Assembly (NCBI GenBank): GCA_016748015.1
Contig: JAAOMT010000234.1
Location: 1-43,155, forward strand
Source: Geosiphon pyriformis uo1
Lineage: Eukaryota; Fungi; Glomeromycota
Direction: 5' to 3'
DNA length: 43,155 nucleotides
The position numbers and the translations under genes are program-made. Positions within the stretch are counted from its first letter, which is position 1. Each line of letters starts with the position of its first letter. This document shows positions 37,908-43,155 of the stretch, piece after piece. The notes below the pieces were generated by a model that did no database searches, was not told the DNA's origin, and saw only the letters and a list, made by a program, of their open reading frames with translations.

Positions 37908-40800
37908 ATAAACCAATTTAAAAAACTTTTAATTAAGCAAAAAGGATTCATCAAAGATAAAAAAATAAATATTAAAAACTTTTTAATACAAAATGACAAA
38001 GTTGTATTTAAAGAAAAAGAAAAATCAGAGAAAATCAACTTAATATAACATGTAATTAAAATAAACCAAATTTAACTAATTATATAAAGTCTTATCAGTT
38101 TAATTAATAAAATGATAAATTTATTAAGAAAAAATAGAATAGATAAAAAAGCTTGAATTCATACCAAAAATCAAAAAAAAACGAACACTTTCTGTTGTAG
38201 TAGTATCTAAGAACAAAAATCTTACAATTTTATGTAAACTAAAAATAATTGAATACAAACATAAATTAAAATCTTAATACTTTTTCTAATATTAAGAACA
38301 TATATAATATATTTAAAGATGTCACTTTTTTCTTAATAATTGATTTAATTGTTAAATTTTAACAAGTAAAAATAAATTCTGCCAACAAAAATAAAACAGG
38401 TTTTATTACAAAATATGGAACTTATAAGTTTACAGTAATATTATTCAAATTAATAAATGCTTTTTTTATATTTTAATGTTTAATAAATAAAGTTTTCAAA
38501 CTATTTCACAAAAAATTTATTTTGATATATTTAGATAACATAATTATATTCAAAAAATTAGAATAAACATTTAAATTACTTGTGACAAATTTTAATTTTT
38601 TTAAAATAAAAGTTTTAAAATAAATCTATTTTTAAATAACAATTTACTTAGTCTTTAAGTTACTTTATCTTAAAAAAGATACAAAAGCATAAACAATTAA
38701 TAAATATAAATAAACTATGTTTTTTTTGAATTAACAATTTATTATTAAAAATTTGTAAAAGCTTTGCCAAAATTGCATATTTTTTTAACCAGCTGCTTAA
38801 AAAAGCTGTAAATTATTATTAAAATACAGTTTAATAAAAAACATCTAATATTCTTAAAAAATACTTATTTTAAGTCTATTTTAAAACAGTCTAATTTAAA
38901 AACTATTTATTTCTTATACTAATTTTTTAAAATTTTAATTAGATATTATTTAATTTTAGTTATATTAAAAAACATATTTTATAGCTTGTTTTTAGTTAAA
39001 CAAAATTATATTGTTATTAAACAAAAATAAGTTTTAGTTGTTTAAATAGTAAAATATTAAAATTAATATTTTTTATATGTTTACTTTATAGTATATATTA
39101 ATTATTGAATTTTAATTTAATTATATTACAAATATAAACTAAACATTTATGAATTATTTGCTTGATTTTATAATAAAACAAATATAATTATAAAATTAAA
39201 TATTAAACAAAATAAGCTATTAAAAAGCAAACACTTTATCTTAATTAATAGTTTATTAATAAAAAAACCGACAAAATTTCATAATTTAATTATTGGTGTT
39301 TTACTTTAAAACAAACACAGTAATAAACTTAAAAATCTATTTATACTTATTAAAATTTTGAATAAAAAACAGTATTTACTAAATTATAATTAAAAAAAAA
39401 AGATTTTGCAAAAACAATGAAATTTTTATTGAATTTATCAAAACCAATTGTATTAAAGAAATTAAAAAATTTTAATCATTACAAATATTATTTAATTTAA
39501 AAATAAAGAAATTCTAATACAAAATATACACATATATATTAATAAAACATTTTAAAAACAAAAAAATCTAAAAACATTAAAATAATGTTGTTATAATTAA
39601 AATAAGTTATTAATATAATTATTAACTTTGATTATTAACACAATTATAAATTTAATTATTAATTTTTTTTCAAAATATATAAGTAAAACTTCTCAAAGCT
39701 GTAAAAAATTATTGAATTCAAACTTAAGTTTTAAATAAAATTAATACAATAATATTAATTCCTTTATTTTTTTTAATTTGTATAATTATTAGTTTTTGTA
39801 AAATATATTAAATAAATAATTATTAAAAAATACAACTAATACCTAATATGAAATTTTAAAGACACCAATATATACCAACGTGTTATATTTTGTTGATAAT
39901 ATAAACTATTTTTTTGTTTTCAGATTTTTTGTTATCTTTTAAAAAGAATAGCAACACAGATATTTATAAAACTGATTTTTTATATTGAATTTTTACTAAT
40001 TCAATTCATTTATTAAAGTTAAATTACTCTTAAATTATTTTATTGTTATATAATACTGTTATTTATTAATATATTACATATGTTTATAACAATATTATTG
40101 GTTAATTTTAAGAAAAAATATATTAAAATATATTAAAACTTGTGATATTTGCTAATAGACAACCAAATTCAATTAAAAAAAAATATTTATTCAATATTTG
40201 TTAATTAACTTATTCACCAAATTGGAATAAATATTGTAAGATTTTTACAATAACTTCTAATAAAACCATGTATTTAATAACAATCACAAATTATCTAACA
40301 AAATAAATAGAAACAAGAAAAATACCAAATTAAATAACAGTTATTATTTATTAACTTTATATATAAGATAATCATATATTATTATAAATGCTTTAGAGAA
40401 TTACTTAAAATAAAAAAAAGATTTTTTTTAACTTATAATAAAAATATTGAAACTATATTCTTTAAAGAAATAATAAAACTTAATCACAAAAACATTTTGC
40501 AAAAATACCTAAAATAATTCTAAATTTTTTAGTAAAAGCACAAATAATTGCTTATAAAAGACTCAAAAATAAATTAATAAAACACTTTCTTTAAATATTG
40601 GTAATTTAGTTCTTAAATATTAATTAATTCAAAACAATATTTTTGATAGCGAATTCTTAAATCAATAAATTAACCATTTATTATCAACGAAGTATTAAGC
40701 AATAACTTTTATATTTTATAATACCAGTATAAAACAATATTTAATAATTAATTTGTTTATAGTACATTAATTAAAAAGTATTATAAAAGATTTAATTGTT
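36900..40800 (+). mobile_element. Highly degenerate Ty3/Gypsy LTR-retrotransposon pol relic (protease-RT-RNaseH-integrase order)
   Basis: Protease-like ICKARITRYFINLILDEG (~37400-37460). RT KTGFITKYGTYKFTVILFKLINA (~38394-38461) and IYLDNIIIF (~38525-38551). FAKIAYFFNQLLKK (~38763). QNY..I.Q (~39000). Integrase YIKTCDIC (~40129) and FTKLE/HQIGINIV plus NYLTK (~40213-40300). Boundaries are approximate and LTRs were not resolved. Confidence 0.85.
37842..37910. repeat. (AAT)n/(ATT)n microsatellite inside the retroelement relic
   Basis: An aat run followed by a tta run, forming a quasi-palindrome. Confidence 0.8.
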
Positions 40801-42563
40801 ATTAATTGTTATGATACTTATAATATTATTTAAACAAACACAAAAACAAGCATAAATAAAGTCATTTTACTTTTAAAACAAATGTATTTTTTTAGTTACA
40901 ATGTACAAAATGCTTTTTTTATTTTTTATAAATATTAAATAAAAAATTATCTAAATACTTTACTTATTATTAGAAAACAATTTATAATAAAATATAAAAT
41001 TAGAGTATATTTATTATTAATTCATAAAAAACTGTTACAAAAAAAAACAGAAAATTGGCAGGAAAATAAACAAATACATGCTTAAAAAAATAAATGCCAA
41101 AATACTTTCTCTTTTAACATACTTGAAAAAAATAAAAAAAGCTTGGTCTATTAACAAAAACATTATAAATAGCTTGGTAAATTCATAAAAAATATGGAGT
41201 TTTTAAAAAAAACAACTTTACAAATTCAAATAGAAATCTTAATTAGATGTCTTAAGAGTTTTAATTATTGCAAAAAAAACCAAAACACTTATATTATTAC
41301 AGCTATTATATATTTTGCTAACCAAAAACTTTAACAAGTTTATCAGTTTCGAAATAAACAATTTTATTTTACTAGAGTGTAACTTTTTTAAAGAAAATAA
41401 TATTATAATTAAATCTTTTAATTTTTAATTATATTTAATTATATGTATTAATTATTATTGTTATCTATATTAGCCACACAATTTTAAAATTAGTTATTAA
41501 AATTATTATTGATTTGATTAATGATTTTGACCATTAACTTAGTTATTAATTTAGTTATTGACTCAATTTTTAATTTAATTATTGACCAAATTATGATCTC
41601 TTTTCAAAAATATGTAAGCAAGATTTTTAAAGCTATATAAATTCAATTTGCTTAATAAGTTCTTTGATTATTTTTTTATTATACAATATTTATTACTCTT
41701 TTGCTATCTGTAAGTGTATTATTCTATTTATGAAAAATTAATATCATTTACAATATTAAATCATCAAAAAAAATTAAAAATCATTAAAATTTTAGGATTT
41801 ATTGTATTAATATATTATATATGGATAAAAAATATCCTAATAAATTAATACTCTGATTATTTTTAAAATACAGATTATATGAAATTATTATAATGATAAC
41901 TAAGTTTATTCTATTATAAATCAAATTAACATTAAAATGTAATAGCTATTTATGTATTTTAACAGGCATATGGTTTTTTTAAAAAATTTTCAATTTTAGA
42001 TGAAGTTGAATTCATTTAAATTGAGAACTTGCAATTATTAAAATTAGACGTTGTACATACAAAATTAAAAATATTGGAATTAGTTGATTTATAGTTTTTT
42101 AGAAACACTTTTTCAGAAATTATACTCAAAATTAGGATTATGATAAATACTTAAAACAAAGTTCAAATTCTAATAAGAGCTTATCTTATGAGAATACTTA
42201 AAAAATCATGTTAAAAATCGCAAACACTTATAAATTAATTTGAGAATATTTTTTTGAGGTAAGAGGTGGAAAATTTTTAAAGAACAGAAAATGATTAAAT
42301 TAAGTTGGATTTCTTTTTGAAAATTCTGATTTTATGATAAAATTAAGTTTGGTCTAGAAAACAGCTTAATTCAAGTGAAAATGTTTAAAATTAGGATGTA
42401 GTTAGTTTTTTACTCAAATGGTAATGCAAAAATTTATATGGCGAGTTTATCACAAATTCTCACACGGAACACATGACAGTCACAATAAGTTGAACAGAGG
42501 TTGATATTAATACCGAAGGCATGAAGGGGTTAATGCTCGATCTTTAATTGATGTTACTGAATC

Positions 42564-43155
42564 ATAGTTTCAATAATTTTCGGTTAATGATAACAAATTA
42601 ACTGTCTGTTAGTTAAACTTTCGATAACTAGGGCTCGGTATATTTTTATAAAGTAACATAGATGATATACGTAGTATAAAAATCAGGGTTCAATGGAATA
42701 TAGGAAGAGAAAAAACAAATCTAAGAAGAAAGAGTGATAAAAGAAAGTAACAATGAAATTTATAATGACATCTTTGTAGAATAGTAGCACCCTTTAACAT
42801 ATTGAAATGAATCTAATAAACTATATAATTAATATAAATTTTATGACAATGGTTATCTAGGATTTATCTATTATGAAAACCATCAACTAATCAAAATAAA
42901 TCAATATTGCCAATCTATAAAGAGTCGTCTAAATATAATAGATAGTAAAATAAATAAGAGCATAAATTTATCAATGATTAATCATAGATGTATTTCTTAC
43001 CTTTAGGGAGAAACACAAATTCTTTTAGGATAGCAAAGTAAATTAAGGTATTTTATCAATATACTGTATAATGATTAAATCAAGGAATTAATCAATATAA
43101 AATAGATAAACTAACCTTTAGAAAAATCAATCATTTGCAAAGTTAAAACACGACT
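42564..43155 (-). repeat. Inverted, apparently identical copy of 10792-11383 (3' end of kinase 1)
   Basis: 592 bp colinear with rc(10792-11383), same length, no mismatch seen by eye. Confidence 0.96.
42915..43155 (-). CDS. 3' partial of a further TKL kinase copy (identical to the kinase 1 C-terminus), running off the window end
   Basis: Exon pieces 43155-43116, 43021-43001 and 42928-42915 encode SRVLTLQMIDFSKEFVFLPKDDSL*. Confidence 0.75.

Noticed and set aside
42505-42533. piggyBac-like end (...AAGGGG|TTAA)
   Set aside because: No matching opposite terminus or transposase was found in the window.

Overview
Very AT-rich eukaryotic genomic DNA with GT-AG introns, most consistent with a Glomeromycotina fungus. 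The tyrosine-kinase-like (TKL) kinase type and the retroelement remnants resemble Geosiphon/Ambispora-type sequences; that assignment is my recollection, not a search result. The window is a rapidly turning-over cluster. It holds two intact 4-exon cytoplasmic TKL kinases with an N-terminal Cys cluster (9274-11032, 23355-25131), two kinase pseudogenes, and near-identical inverted pieces of kinase locus 1 at BOTH window ends. It also holds two paralogous small secreted Cys-rich peptide genes with conserved signal peptide and flanks but strongly diverged mature parts (17067-17342, 33502-33819, minus), a solo 5S rRNA gene, a glycine-zipper protein with one in-frame stop, and one orphan gene. Mobile DNA comprises several Tc1/mariner relics and a Ty3/Gypsy relic with extreme C>T/G>A decay. 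The most notable signals are (i) the repeated kinase(+) ... secreted Cys-peptide(-) arrangement, a candidate co-diversifying signalling or non-self-recognition module, (ii) window ends that join into a second inverted copy of kinase 1, and (iii) RIP-like hypermutation of the retroelement.
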